Shown: positions 9,577 to 18,928 of the stretch, piece by piece
How the letters are laid out: each line of letters opens with the position of its first letter
Position numbering within the stretch: position 1 is the first letter of the stretch
Assembly: GCA_043821585.1 (NCBI GenBank)
Contig: JBDRCQ010000009.1
Location: 8,189 to 72,188, forward strand
Direction of reading: 5' to 3'
Source of the DNA: an archaeon
GTDB taxonomy: Archaea; Nanobdellota; Nanobdellia; Pacearchaeales; GW2011-AR1
DNA length: 64,000 bases
Made by a program: the position numbers and the translations under genes
The notes under the pieces: model-generated
Told to the model about the DNA's origin: nothing
The model's input: the letters and a program-made list of their open reading frames with translations, nothing else
Databases searched by the model: none

Positions 9577-9751
9577 CTTCCTCCTCAGGTCTCTGAGCTA
9601 AAACGTTCTCTTCTACACTCACTTCTATTTCGTCCTCTGGAACTTTTATAAAACTATCCAGCCCTTGACACTGCGGACATTCTTCTGGAGGATAAGTTCC
9701 ATACTCGATGCTCCCACATTCACATTTCCAAACAAGCCCTTTTCCAGCCAT
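9557..9751 (-). CDS. small rubredoxin-like Zn/Fe-finger protein
   Basis: WKCECG...PPEECPQC; overlaps the rpl30 stop and rpl15 start. Confidence 0.75.
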   Translation of the reverse strand: MAGKGLVWKCECGSIEYGTYPPEECPQCQGLDSFIKVPEDEIEVSVEENVLAQRPEEEDEDDDQ

Positions 9752-10167
9752 TATAGCATCTTCTCCACTAGTTCATTTATTTTCTCGTTTTCCCCAAGGA
9801 CGCCCTTACCGACGCCGGCATGCTTTTTGGATTCGATTCCCTTTCTTGGAGGATGAAGTCTGAAGAAAGGTTTTAGGCCTAACTTCTCAAGCGGTTGCTT
9901 TTCGATTTCAGACATGACTTTTTTTGCGTCTACCTTTTTGTTTTTATCGATTGGTTGAGCTCTTCTAGCTAGAAGATTTGCAAGAGTTTCTTCGCTTATT
10001 TTTCCATAAGATATATTGTTCCGGATCTTTTTTAGGAGCTTAGTGTTTTCCGTTGTTTCTTGAAGAAGAACTGCAGAATATTTCCTTCTAAGCTTGATTC
10101 TGTGAAGAGTTTCCTTGATTTCTTCTGTTAATCCTACTTGTCCTGAAATTCTTATTGCTATTATCAT
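9751..10167 (-). CDS. rpl30: 50S ribosomal protein uL30
   Basis: IAIRISG, TLHRIKLRRK, FFRLHPPRKG, INELVEKM. Confidence 0.93.
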   Translation of the reverse strand: MIIAIRISGQVGLTEEIKETLHRIKLRRKYSAVLLQETTENTKLLKKIRNNISYGKISEETLANLLARRAQPIDKNKKVDAKKVMSEIEKQPLEKLGLKPFFRLHPPRKGIESKKHAGVGKGVLGENEKINELVEKML

Positions 10168-10988
10168 TATGACCTCATCTTTGTCGTTTTTTCAAGTGCG
10201 TTTATGCAAGCTTTTGCGACATTGAAGGTTGTTTTTGTGTGACCCTGTGCTCTCGTGTATGCGTCCTTGACGCCTGCAAGACTAAGAATTTTCTTAACTT
10301 CATCTCCAGCCACTAATCCCGTGCCCTTAGGTGCAGGCCATAGTTCTATTTTGACGCTTCCGCATTTACCCTGAACCTTGAAGGGAACAGTATGGGGTTT
10401 GGTTTTGTCTTTCTCTTCCTCTGGAGATTCGAATCCTATGGAAACATTCATGATGTTCAGTTTTGCATTCCTCACTGCCTTTTCTCTTGCAGGGAGAGTT
10501 TCTGAAGCCTTGCCAAATCCTACTCCCACGTGACCGTTTCTGTCACCTGCGACTGCCATGGCCGAGAAGGATAAAACATTGCCCTCTTTCGTTTTCTTTT
10601 GAGTTTGCCTCCACGCTCTTCTCTTACCACCACCAAACTTTCCCTTTGCCTGGCCGATGAGAATTAAGTCTGTTTCTACTGCTAAAAGCTTGTCAACTAT
10701 TTCAGACTCGAGGATTTTCTTGCCTGTTTGGAGAATTTTGTCTATATCTTTTTCCTTGCCTTCCTTGACCAACTTTCCGAGCTTTGTTTTTGGAACCCAT
10801 GAAGCAATTGTATCTTGAGTTTTTTCTTCCCGGTTCAATCTGCGCATTCCTCTTTCTACTTCTTTTACTACTTCCTTGTCTTCTGACTCTTTTTCCTCGG
10901 ACTCTGTTTCCTTTTCCAGCTTTTCGATTTCTTCAGGAACTGCTTCGATGAGATCCTTTGGTTCGTTTTTTGTTTCTTTTTCTGCCAT
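10167..10988 (-). CDS. rps5: 30S ribosomal protein uS5 with acidic N-terminal extension
   Basis: WVPKTKLGKLVKEG, GDRNGHVGVG, PHTVPFKVQGKCGSV, PAPKGTGL. Confidence 0.96.
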   Translation of the reverse strand: MAEKETKNEPKDLIEAVPEEIEKLEKETESEEKESEDKEVVKEVERGMRRLNREEKTQDTIASWVPKTKLGKLVKEGKEKDIDKILQTGKKILESEIVDKLLAVETDLILIGQAKGKFGGGKRRAWRQTQKKTKEGNVLSFSAMAVAGDRNGHVGVGFGKASETLPAREKAVRNAKLNIMNVSIGFESPEEEKDKTKPHTVPFKVQGKCGSVKIELWPAPKGTGLVAGDEVKKILSLAGVKDAYTRAQGHTKTTFNVAKACINALEKTTKMRS

Positions 10989-10989
10989 G

Positions 10990-11466
10990 TTATAGTGCTC
11001 CTTTTACTTTTTCGAAGATCGTTTTAAGGCTTTCGTTTTTTTCTATCCTTTCCTTGGTAGGAAGCGCTTCTGGGTTGTGTGGAATTTTTAGGCCTGCATC
11101 TACTGCACCCTTTAATACTGCATAAATTCTGGAGCCCTTGATATTTCTTTGTAATCCGATATCCAAAATCGCTTCGCTGATTTTTACCTTGAGACTTTTT
11201 ACCAGTAGGAAGCCGGTTAGGTATGCTGCTGGCAGAGATTTTAGAGAGCCTCCTTTTTCCTTAGGCCAACCTTTTGCGAGTAAATCTTTTGAGCTGACTT
11301 TTGCGATTACCTTGTCTTGAGCTATGTCTGACTCAACTATTTGTGCTATTGCATATCTGTTTGTTATCCGGACTACTAATCTTGGCCTTTCTGATTTAAG
11401 CATGTGGAACCTTGACTTATAGTCTGTTTTGTTTTCTCTTCTTCTTCGTCTTATTGTTCTTGCCAT
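10990..11466 (-). CDS. rpl18: 50S ribosomal protein uL18
   Basis: RRRRENKTDY, RLVVRITN, PAAYLTG, AILDIGL, GAVDAGL. Confidence 0.96.
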   Translation of the reverse strand: MARTIRRRRRENKTDYKSRFHMLKSERPRLVVRITNRYAIAQIVESDIAQDKVIAKVSSKDLLAKGWPKEKGGSLKSLPAAYLTGFLLVKSLKVKISEAILDIGLQRNIKGSRIYAVLKGAVDAGLKIPHNPEALPTKERIEKNESLKTIFEKVKGAL

Positions 11467-11936
11467 TATTTCTTCTTCTGCCTCTTTTTGGTTGTTTTTT
11501 TAACGTGTTTCTTTACGCCTTTCGCCTTAAAGGTGTCTGATTGTGCGATCCGTTCCTTCATGTTCGCTAGACTCTTAAATGATTTGGCCCTGATTTCTTT
11601 TCTTATTTCAGTATATTTTTCAGGAGCTATCTGTTTTGTTTTCTTCAAATGGGCCAGATTAGATCTTAACTTTCTTGTGAGTGTGACGTATTCTTTCTTG
11701 CTTTTATTCACCTTCTTCTTTATGGATCCTGCTCTCCTCCTTGTTTTTCTCTTTTTATTGGTTTTTCTTCCGGCAACTTCTTTGATGTGAATAGCTCCAG
11801 AGTTCTTGAGATCCCTAATGTCTTGTTTTGTGATTGCTTCCTTAAGTTCGGAAAGTCTTTCTGTATTGAAGACAATTCTATTCTTTCCTACATTTAGTGC
11901 TCTTGCAACCAATTCTTTTTTTGTTTCTAGTTTCAT
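11466..11936 (-). CDS. rpl19e: 50S ribosomal protein eL19
   Basis: LNVGKNRIVF, AITKQDIRDL, RRRAGSIK; operon position. Confidence 0.93.
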   Translation of the reverse strand: MKLETKKELVARALNVGKNRIVFNTERLSELKEAITKQDIRDLKNSGAIHIKEVAGRKTNKKRKTRRRAGSIKKKVNKSKKEYVTLTRKLRSNLAHLKKTKQIAPEKYTEIRKEIRAKSFKSLANMKERIAQSDTFKAKGVKKHVKKTTKKRQKKK

Positions 11937-12286
11937 TTTTTGTCTCCTTTGACGTTGATTATTCTAATCTTCTTCTCTTCTGCAAATTTGATCAGTTCCA
12001 GCTTCCTCTTCGCTCCGACCTTTGCCAGGATGGCTACGTTTTCCTTGCTCAACATCTCTAAGTCTTTTGTGTTGTAGACTAAAATTGGAATCTTTCCCTC
12101 GATTTTTCCGGAGTCCTTCTTTGCGGTCTTGTATCCTACTGAAACGGTGGCAGGATAACCTTTCATGCCAAGCCTCATCTTGTTGTCCCTTCCAGTGGGC
12201 TTATTCCACTTTTGAAGTCTCTTTCTTTTCTTTCCCAGTTTTGAATATCTTATTGAATCTCTTCTGATGAATTTTTTCTTAGGCAT
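11933..12286 (-). CDS. rpl32e: 50S ribosomal protein eL32
   Basis: KFIRRD, KWNKPTGRDNKMR, VSVGYK, VGAKRK. Confidence 0.93.
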   Translation of the reverse strand: MPKKKFIRRDSIRYSKLGKKRKRLQKWNKPTGRDNKMRLGMKGYPATVSVGYKTAKKDSGKIEGKIPILVYNTKDLEMLSKENVAILAKVGAKRKLELIKFAEEKKIRIINVKGDKK

Positions 12287-12828
12287 TACATTTTCCTCCT
12301 TGGTTTTTCAACAAGATAAATTCCATCTTGGAATATCCTTCTGTCTCTTCCCCTTAATTTTGTCGCCTTCTCGAGGTTTGCTGCAGTTTGCCCTGCAGCG
12401 TCTCTGCTATCCGAAGAAACTGTGATTTGAGGGCCTTGAATTTTAACATCCACGCCAGGCAGGATTTTTGCGTATCTTGGAACTTTTTCTCCGAGAAAAT
12501 TGTTAATTGTTACTTTGTCGCCTTCGGATTTAATAGTCATAGGAAAATGAACATTGCATGACTCTAACTTGTAGACAAACGGTTCTTGCAGCCCTGTAAA
12601 GATGTTGTCTATGTGGGCCATTGCTGACATTATGGATTTAAAATGATTCTTGTTACCTTTCTTGCATTCCAAGATGACTTCTTTTCCTTCAACTTTTACT
12701 TCTGTTCCGGGTATTGCAATTTTTCTTTCGAGAATTTTTGAGTCCTTGGTACATTTTAAGACTCCGTCTACGTATTGGCAGGAAATCCCTTCAGGTATCT
12801 CGACTTTTTCCAAAATTTGATGTTTCAT
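12286..12828 (-). CDS. rpl6: 50S ribosomal protein uL6
   Basis: HFPMT, NNFLGEKVPR, AGQTAANLE, DRRIFQDGIY. Confidence 0.96.
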   Translation of the reverse strand: MKHQILEKVEIPEGISCQYVDGVLKCTKDSKILERKIAIPGTEVKVEGKEVILECKKGNKNHFKSIMSAMAHIDNIFTGLQEPFVYKLESCNVHFPMTIKSEGDKVTINNFLGEKVPRYAKILPGVDVKIQGPQITVSSDSRDAAGQTAANLEKATKLRGRDRRIFQDGIYLVEKPRRKM

Positions 12829-12829
12829 T

Positions 12830-13210
12830 TTAAAAGAAATAAGCGATTAAACTTCCTCCTAAGTTTTTATCTTGAGCTGTTTGGTGAGTCATTAGGCCTT
12901 GTGATGTAGAAACTATCAGGAATCCAAGATTTTTTGCTGGGAGATATCTCTTTGTATATCTTTCGAGTTCTCCAACCCTGACTGTTAGTCTAGGTTTGAT
13001 TGCGTTGCAGCAGTTAAGACTCCCTAATTTTATTTTGAGATATTTAGTCTCGGAATTGGTTTTGTAGTCTTCAACTTGGCCCTTCAGCTTGGCGATGGCT
13101 AGAACTGAAAGGAGCAACTTGGACTGTTTTTTTACGACCAACTCTTCCTTCCCCGCTCTTCGGGCGTTCATCATTTGATTTAGCGTATCTGCTACTATGT
13201 CTTGACTCAT
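12830..13210 (-). CDS. rps8: 30S ribosomal protein uS8
   Basis: AIKPR, YLPA, IVSTSQGLMTH, GGSLIAY. Confidence 0.95.
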   Translation of the reverse strand: MSQDIVADTLNQMMNARRAGKEELVVKKQSKLLLSVLAIAKLKGQVEDYKTNSETKYLKIKLGSLNCCNAIKPRLTVRVGELERYTKRYLPAKNLGFLIVSTSQGLMTHQTAQDKNLGGSLIAYFF

Positions 13211-13211
13211 T

Positions 13212-13442
13212 TTAACTGTATTTTTTGAAACCTATTTCTACTGCGATCTCTCTGAAACAGTGTCTGCAGATGTGTAGGTTGTATTGATTTAGGTGTGCTC
13301 CGAAACGACCGCAGCGCTCGCACTTTTGAGATGCAACTCCTTGCTTTCTGTCTTTTGGCTTGCAGTGTTTTAGGAATTTTTTCATTACCGCTGGCTTTCT
13401 TCTCAATTGCTTCGTTATTTTTTTCCAATCGCTTGCTGTCAT
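13212..13442 (-). CDS. rps14: 30S ribosomal protein uS14
   Basis: CERCGR...YNLHICRHCFRE...GFKKY zinc motif. Confidence 0.95.
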   Translation of the reverse strand: MTASDWKKITKQLRRKPAVMKKFLKHCKPKDRKQGVASQKCERCGRFGAHLNQYNLHICRHCFREIAVEIGFKKYS

Positions 13443-13957
13443 TTTCCGAATACCTCTGTGTTGAAGTTTTCACTCATGAATTCGATTATTTCATCTTTAT
13501 GAATATATTGTCTCTCTGGTAATTTGCCAGATTTAATCTTTTTCCTTTTTACTCTAACGCCTGCTCTAATGAATGAAGCTGTGACGTTCAGGCCGCGGAT
13601 TCCGATTTCTCTTTTGTACTCGACACCAGGAATTTCGATATACTCCTTTATCCCAAAAGAAAAACCATTTCTTGCTATTTGCTTTCTTTTCAGCTTGTTA
13701 TCGATTGACACAAGAAGTTTTTGCAAAAGCTCTTTGGCGGCTAGACCCCTTAGCGTGACTGAAGTTCCAAGTGGCATGTCTGGTTTGACATTGAAATTTG
13801 GAATTCTCCTTCTAGGGCCTGATTTTGTAATTTGTGCCTTTCTTTCGGTTAGCATCTCTAATAATTTTTTAGATTTCTCCAGGTCCGGTCCTGTGGCGCC
13901 GCAGCTAAGAACAACCTTTTCCAGCTTTACTTTTTTCATGGGATTTTGATCAGTCAT
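13439..13957 (-). CDS. rpl5: 50S ribosomal protein uL5
   Basis: NPMKKVKLEKVVL, VTLRG, FSFGIKEYIEIPG. Confidence 0.95.
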   Translation of the reverse strand: MTDQNPMKKVKLEKVVLSCGATGPDLEKSKKLLEMLTERKAQITKSGPRRRIPNFNVKPDMPLGTSVTLRGLAAKELLQKLLVSIDNKLKRKQIARNGFSFGIKEYIEIPGVEYKREIGIRGLNVTASFIRAGVRVKRKKIKSGKLPERQYIHKDEIIEFMSENFNTEVFGK

Positions 13958-14580
13958 ATTACAATTACTCCTTTTTTCTCTAGCACTGTTTCCGCATCGA
14001 TGCCTTTGATTTTAACAGAGGCTTTGTTGCCTTTGACATTTTCAATTTTGCACTTTTGTCCCAAGAATCTGCCTCTTATGATTAAGCAATCTCTCCCTTT
14101 TTCGAATTGGACATGCTTCTTCATTTTTTTGTCCAATCCTATGTAAACTGTGTCCTGTGTGTTTATTTTTTTGTCATCAGTTAGAATATTTGAACCTTCA
14201 TGGAAGTTAAGTTGTATTTTTTTGCCGCTTAGAACTTTTTTGTTAATCACTTTGCAAGGTCTTTCTTTTTGTTTCGTTTCTTCTAGCGTGAATTTTCCGG
14301 TTACGGTTAGAGTTAACAAATAAGTTTTGTCTGCCTCAAAGAGATTGAATAATTTTATGCTTTCCCTGTGGTCTTTGACTTCCTTTCCATTTATTTTCAG
14401 GTGTTTTTGGTAAATCATTGCCTTGACTTCTTTTGTGGTTCTTGCGATTTTTAGCATATCTCTGACTGCGATTACAACAGGCACAGAATTCTGAGAATCT
14501 GACAGTGCTCTTGCTACGTACTTTGTTCCTTTTCTTGCAATAGGAATTTTCTTACTTACTTGAGCTCTTGTCTGATGCAT
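13954..14580 (-). CDS. rps4e: 30S ribosomal protein eS4
   Basis: SVPVVIAVRDMLK, KINGK, KIQLNFHEGSN; position between uL24 and uL5; start reassigned to MHQTR. Confidence 0.88.
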   Translation of the reverse strand: MHQTRAQVSKKIPIARKGTKYVARALSDSQNSVPVVIAVRDMLKIARTTKEVKAMIYQKHLKINGKEVKDHRESIKLFNLFEADKTYLLTLTVTGKFTLEETKQKERPCKVINKKVLSGKKIQLNFHEGSNILTDDKKINTQDTVYIGLDKKMKKHVQFEKGRDCLIIRGRFLGQKCKIENVKGNKASVKIKGIDAETVLEKKGVIVI

Positions 14581-15070
14581 TTTTCTTTTCCTCCTGTAGT
14601 AAGGACGCCTTATCGGTTTCCTTACCAACCTTCCCCTTGCTATTCTGCTCAGGGCCGGTTTTTGACTTTGGTTCTTGTTTTGTTACTTTCTTTCCCCTTT
14701 CGAGTGCTGCGATTCTCTTCTTGTCGTCTAGACTAAGGGTTATAATTTGGACTGAGCTAGGGGAGAACCATACGTTGACTTTTGTTCCGTCTTTTTTCGT
14801 TCTTTGAATGCTCTCAAGAGCTATTCGCGATCTCTTCATTTCGATCGTTGCGACTTTTGCTTTCTTCTTTTTGAAAGACCCGCGCATGACAATCACCTCA
14901 TCTCCCTTCCTTACTGGGAGAGATCTCTTTCCATATTTCCTTCTTAGCTCTTTTGAAAGATTTGAACCCATAAAAGAATGTTTAATGTGAAGTGGAGCAT
15001 TGGCTGCAAATTTTCTTTGTTTACGAGGTTGTTTGCTGCTTAGCCAGTGCGTTGAGAATTTATTTTTCAT
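14552..15070 (-). CDS. rpl24: 50S ribosomal protein uL24
   Basis: SKQPRKQRK, APLH, LSKELR, VRKGDEVIVMRGSFK. Confidence 0.95.
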   Translation of the reverse strand: MKNKFSTHWLSSKQPRKQRKFAANAPLHIKHSFMGSNLSKELRRKYGKRSLPVRKGDEVIVMRGSFKKKKAKVATIEMKRSRIALESIQRTKKDGTKVNVWFSPSSVQIITLSLDDKKRIAALERGKKVTKQEPKSKTGPEQNSKGKVGKETDKASLLQEEKKNASDKSSSK

Positions 15071-15492
15071 AATACAAATTGAGCGATCTTAGCTATAGAT
15101 GGCCATCGCTCCTGAACCTCCCTTGCAACTGGTCCTTTAATCTGAGTTCCTTTTGGATTTCCTTTTTCGTCTTTGAGCAGAGCGACTGCGTTGTCTTCGA
15201 AGCAAACTCTTTCGCCGGTTAGTCTCCGGTAAGGCTTCTTCTGTCTGATCACAACTGCGTCAAAAACATGTCCTTTCATGTCAGGTTTTCCCTTCCTAAC
15301 TGAAACCTTGACCCAATCGCCAAGCTTTGCATATTGTTGTCTCCGCTTTGTGGATTTTCCGCCTTTGACTCCGGTGATTCTGACGATTTGTGCTCCGGAG
15401 TTATCGCTAGCTACAACCATGCTCCCCAGGTTTAAGGCCCTGGTCGCCTTTGCGCTTATTGCTTTTCCAGAGATTGTTTTTGATTTTGCCAT
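15067..15492 (-). CDS. rpl14: 50S ribosomal protein uL14
   Basis: DNSGA, AVVIRQKKPYRR, FEDNAV, PKGTQIKGPVARE. Confidence 0.96.
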   Translation of the reverse strand: MAKSKTISGKAISAKATRALNLGSMVVASDNSGAQIVRITGVKGGKSTKRRQQYAKLGDWVKVSVRKGKPDMKGHVFDAVVIRQKKPYRRLTGERVCFEDNAVALLKDEKGNPKGTQIKGPVAREVQERWPSIAKIAQFVL

Positions 15493-15869
15493 TATTTCTT
15501 ATCTCCCTTGCTGATTTCTTCGACATCTCGAACTTTTTCAACGACCATAAAGTGGATGATTTTACTTAGGGGGCGGCATTCTTGGACCTTAATTAGATCG
15601 CCAAGATTGACTTCTTCGGCAAACTGGTCCGGAAGGCGAGCGTGAACCCTTGTTCGCTTTTTCATGAACCTTTCGTACTTTGGTATTTTGATTGTCCTCT
15701 CAAACTCTATTGTTACTCTCTTAGGAAACTTTCTGATAACTTTCCCTTGGAAGATTCTTCCCCTGATTGAAACTCCTAAAGTTTTCACTAGGTCTCTGAA
15801 ATTCTTTCCGTTCTCTTTCCCTTCATTACCGGACTCTACCGGCTGTTTTTTTTGTTTCTTCTCTGCCAT
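15492..15869 (-). CDS. rps17: 30S ribosomal protein uS17
   Basis: IRGRIFQGKV, PKYERF, GD..K.QECRPLSKIIHF; start reassigned to MAEKK at 15869. Confidence 0.94.
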   Translation of the reverse strand: MAEKKQKKQPVESGNEGKENGKNFRDLVKTLGVSIRGRIFQGKVIRKFPKRVTIEFERTIKIPKYERFMKKRTRVHARLPDQFAEEVNLGDLIKVQECRPLSKIIHFMVVEKVRDVEEISKGDKK

Positions 15870-15889
15870 TTTATTTCCTTGGTTTGAGA

Positions 15890-16186
15890 TCAATCGCTGA
15901 TTGTGTCTTCTGCAAAACCTAGCTTCACAAGAGCAGGTTTTACCTTTTTCCTGTGGTCGCCTTGCAGTTCCACGATGCCACCTTTTGATGTTCCACCGCA
16001 AGCAAGTGCCTCCTTGAGGCTTTTTGCGATGGACTTGACATCCACGTGCTTGTCAAAACCCTCGACAAGTGTTATTTTTTTTCCGTATCTCCTTGTCTGG
16101 GTGTACACTTTTATGTGTTGTTCGCTCTTCGCGATCTCTTCAAACACATCGGTTTCACTTGGTAAGCCGAATTCGTTTGAATCCAT
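15890..16186 (-). CDS. sui1: translation initiation factor aIF-1 / SUI1
   Basis: RRYGKKITLVEG, LACGGT, VELQGDHR. Confidence 0.93.
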   Translation of the reverse strand: MDSNEFGLPSETDVFEEIAKSEQHIKVYTQTRRYGKKITLVEGFDKHVDVKSIAKSLKEALACGGTSKGGIVELQGDHRKKVKPALVKLGFAEDTISD

Positions 16187-16423
16187 TTATTTGCTCAATT
16201 CCCTCTTTTTCTGGGAGGGATTGAGCTTGACTTTGGTAGTTGATTTTTTCGCGTTCATAACTGTTAATATCCTTGAAATTGCCCTTTTAAGCTCTTTGGT
16301 TTTGGCATTGGTCTTGTTTGCAGTAACATTTGCTCTGACTAGTTCTAATTTTAATTCCTTCATTTTGTCCGTTAATTCTTTTTCCGACATTTTCTTGACT
16401 TCAGAGTTTTTTAGGACTGCCAT
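16187..16423 (-). CDS. rpl29: 50S ribosomal protein uL29
   Basis: ELKLEL, KELKRAISRILT; operon position. Confidence 0.9.
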   Translation of the reverse strand: MAVLKNSEVKKMSEKELTDKMKELKLELVRANVTANKTNAKTKELKRAISRILTVMNAKKSTTKVKLNPSQKKRELSK

Positions 16424-17160
16424 TATTCTGTTATCTCCTTTTCTTCTTCTACTTTTTTAGAAGTTTTCTTGGTTGTCTTTTTAGTAGTTTTCTTTTTTTC
16501 ATTGGTTTCCTTTTCTTCTTTTTTAGGTTCAAGTTCTTCTACGCTGATTCTTATCTTTTGCCTGACACTCTCGTCTATCTTGATTTGATCACTTAGGATT
16601 GCATCTGGGCGCAAGATAGCTACTTGCACTCCGACAACCCCTGCGATCGTTGTTCCTTGTGATTGTGCTCTGTCGACGATTTTTGCAGGTTCTCCGGTTT
16701 TCTTTAGATAACCGTGGGTGAATCTCCACCTTCTCGCCCTGTCGCTAGGAAGTTTTCCCGATAAGACAATCTCTGTTCCTAAAGCTCCTGACTTGATAAT
16801 TTGCTGCAAGGTCCTGTAAGCGATTACCTTGAATTTTAGAGATCCCCTTCTTTCAAGCATGACTGCAATTTCGTCCGCTACGAGTTGCGCATCAAGCATT
16901 GGCTCGGTTATTTCGACAATCTCTATGTGAGGATTATCCAGTTTGAATCTTCTCTTCAGGACTCTTGTTAGCTCGTCTATTTTTTCTCCTTTTCTTCCGA
17001 TGATTAAACCGGGGCGCGAGGTGGAGACTTTTATTTTTTCTCCAACTGGAGTGTATTCTATTATAACTGCGCTGATCCTTCCTTTTCCGAGTGAGTTCTT
17101 GATATACTCTCTGACTCTGAATTCATCTTTCTTGAAGTTTACAAATTTTTTCTCTTCCAT
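16423..17160 (-). CDS. rps3: 30S ribosomal protein uS3
   Basis: TPVGEKI, RPGLIIGRKG, SGALGTEIVLSGKL, GYLKKTG. Confidence 0.96.
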   Translation of the reverse strand: MEEKKFVNFKKDEFRVREYIKNSLGKGRISAVIIEYTPVGEKIKVSTSRPGLIIGRKGEKIDELTRVLKRRFKLDNPHIEIVEITEPMLDAQLVADEIAVMLERRGSLKFKVIAYRTLQQIIKSGALGTEIVLSGKLPSDRARRWRFTHGYLKKTGEPAKIVDRAQSQGTTIAGVVGVQVAILRPDAILSDQIKIDESVRQKIRISVEELEPKKEEKETNEKKKTTKKTTKKTSKKVEEEKEITE

Positions 17161-17805
17161 TATTTTTTATTCTCCTTTGTTTCTTTCTTCTTGACTTTTT
17201 CAGGGAATTCTTTTGCCTTGAGGATTACGTTCGTTCTCTTGGCGAGCATGCCACCACGCCTCATTGGCCTGTTTGCCCAACTTGCTGAAGCAAGGAAAAT
17301 TCTTGTTTCCTCTATTTCCATTTGATTGGTTATAACGTTTCCCTTCAACCCCTTTAGGAGGCTTATGAAATAAGTTGCTGCATTTACTGGATAGCGGCCT
17401 CTTTCAATGTTGCCTTTTCTGTGGGGTATTTCTCCCTTGAATGGGACTGCTTTCTTCAATTTGACTACTTTTTGCAAATCTGCAATTGCATCATCGATCT
17501 TTTTGTTTTTGATGAAACTACAAATGTACATTGAATGTTTCTTGGAGATTGGAAGATTTACTCCTTTTGCTATCGCTTCCTCTTTTTTTTGTTAATGTGA
17601 CTTTTTTCGATTCTTTTTTCTCGACAGGCTTGTCCTCTGCCTTTTTCTCTTCTACTTTCTCGGGAGTTTTTTCTTCTACCTTTTCTTCTAGAGTTTTTTC
17701 CTTTTTCATTTTTTCTTCTATCTCTTTTGTTTTTTCTTTGTCTACTGGAAGAGGTTTAGCTTCGATTTTTTTCTTCTCATCTGTTTTGGTCTTTTGTTCT
17801 ACCAT
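17160..17805 (-). CDS. rpl22: 50S ribosomal protein uL22 with Lys/Glu-rich N-terminal extension; apparent frameshift at an A8 run (17583-17590)
   Basis: Core EAIAKGVNLPISKKHSMYICSFIK...PHRKG...GRYP lies one base out of frame with the upstream ORF 17518-17805; removing one A joins them. Confidence 0.88.
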
Positions 17806-17811
17806 AGTTAA

Positions 17812-18225
17812 TTATTTCTTCTTAGCGCGAGAGGATTTAGTTGCTCCGAGCCCTGCACTTCCGTGGTTTACTCTGCCACGTGATGGTGCGAATTCGCCTA
17901 GTCTGTGACCTATCATTTCTACTACGATTGGAACTTCTTGGAATGATTTTCCATTATGGATTCCAATTGTTAAACCTACTAATTTCGGAACAATAATTAA
18001 ATCACGAAGGTGCGTCTTTATTCTCTTGTTTCTCTCGGCTCTCTTTTCACATCTTTTCACAAATTTTTGGATTGAGTCGAAGTTTCTCATGATTGCTCTC
18101 CTGGAACGGGATGGCAAGAATTTTGCGGACTCTCTGACATCGAGAGTTCTTAGTTCTTCTAAGGATTTGCCTCTGTAGATCTGTTCCTTCTTTCTGACTT
18201 GTTGTGGTTCTTCGTGTTTCGCCAT
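17812..18225 (-). CDS. rps19: 30S ribosomal protein uS19
   Basis: YRGKSLEEL, KTHLRD, HNGK, MIGHRLGEF, GATKSS. Confidence 0.96.
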   Translation of the reverse strand: MAKHEEPQQVRKKEQIYRGKSLEELRTLDVRESAKFLPSRSRRAIMRNFDSIQKFVKRCEKRAERNKRIKTHLRDLIIVPKLVGLTIGIHNGKSFQEVPIVVEMIGHRLGEFAPSRGRVNHGSAGLGATKSSRAKKK

Positions 18226-18226
18226 T

Positions 18227-18928
18227 TTATCCTCTGTATCCTGTCCTCTTAGGTCTTAAGTGGCCCACTTTTCTTCCTGGTGGAGCATTACGCTTTGCGA
18301 TCTTCTGTTTAGGTCGTTTGCCTCTGCCAGAGCCGAATGGGTGATCAACAGCGTTGACTTTTACAGCAGAAGTTCTTGGCCAGAGTTTGTTTCGGGCGTG
18401 CATTTTGTGATATTTTACGCCTGCCTTTACAAAGGGCTTTAGATATTTTCCATCGCCCGCGATTCTTCCGATTGTCGCTCGACAATTTTCGTGGAGGGTT
18501 ATGATTTTTTTGTTAGGCATGGTTATTGTTACTTTGTTGTTATCTAACTTTTTCGAAAGTGTTGCGAAGGATCCTGCTGTTCTGATCATTTTTCCGCCGT
18601 CGCCGGGGTTTCTTTCGATGTTGTAAACTTCAGTTCCTGGTGGAATTTTTCCAATTGAGAGCGTATTTCCTTCTTTTGCATCTTTTCCGATTAGAACTTT
18701 TTGACCCACATATGCGCCATTAAATGCTGCGTTGTAAAATGTTTTGTCTTTTGTTTGAACCTTCATTAGTGGAGCGGAATGAGCTGCAGAATGGATTATT
18801 GCAATTATTTCTGCTTCGCCTTTTACCTCTGTTGGCAGGTAAGCTATCTTTTTGTTGTACGCTTGTTTTCTAACTCTGTAAGTTAAGCTTCCTTTTCCTC
18901 TTGCCTGTTGAATTATTCTTTTTCCCAT
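18227..18928 (-). CDS. rpl2: 50S ribosomal protein uL2
   Basis: MGKRIIQQARGKG, PGDGGK, NAVDHPFGSG, PPGRKVG. Confidence 0.96.
   Translation of the reverse strand: MGKRIIQQARGKGSLTYRVRKQAYNKKIAYLPTEVKGEAEIIAIIHSAAHSAPLMKVQTKDKTFYNAAFNGAYVGQKVLIGKDAKEGNTLSIGKIPPGTEVYNIERNPGDGGKMIRTAGSFATLSKKLDNNKVTITMPNKKIITLHENCRATIGRIAGDGKYLKPFVKAGVKYHKMHARNKLWPRTSAVKVNAVDHPFGSGRGKRPKQKIAKRNAPPGRKVGHLRPKRTGYRG

Noticed and set aside
13207-13473. Alternative-frame 88-aa ORF over rps14
   Set aside because: Overlaps the clearly identified uS14 and uL5 in another frame, with no motif
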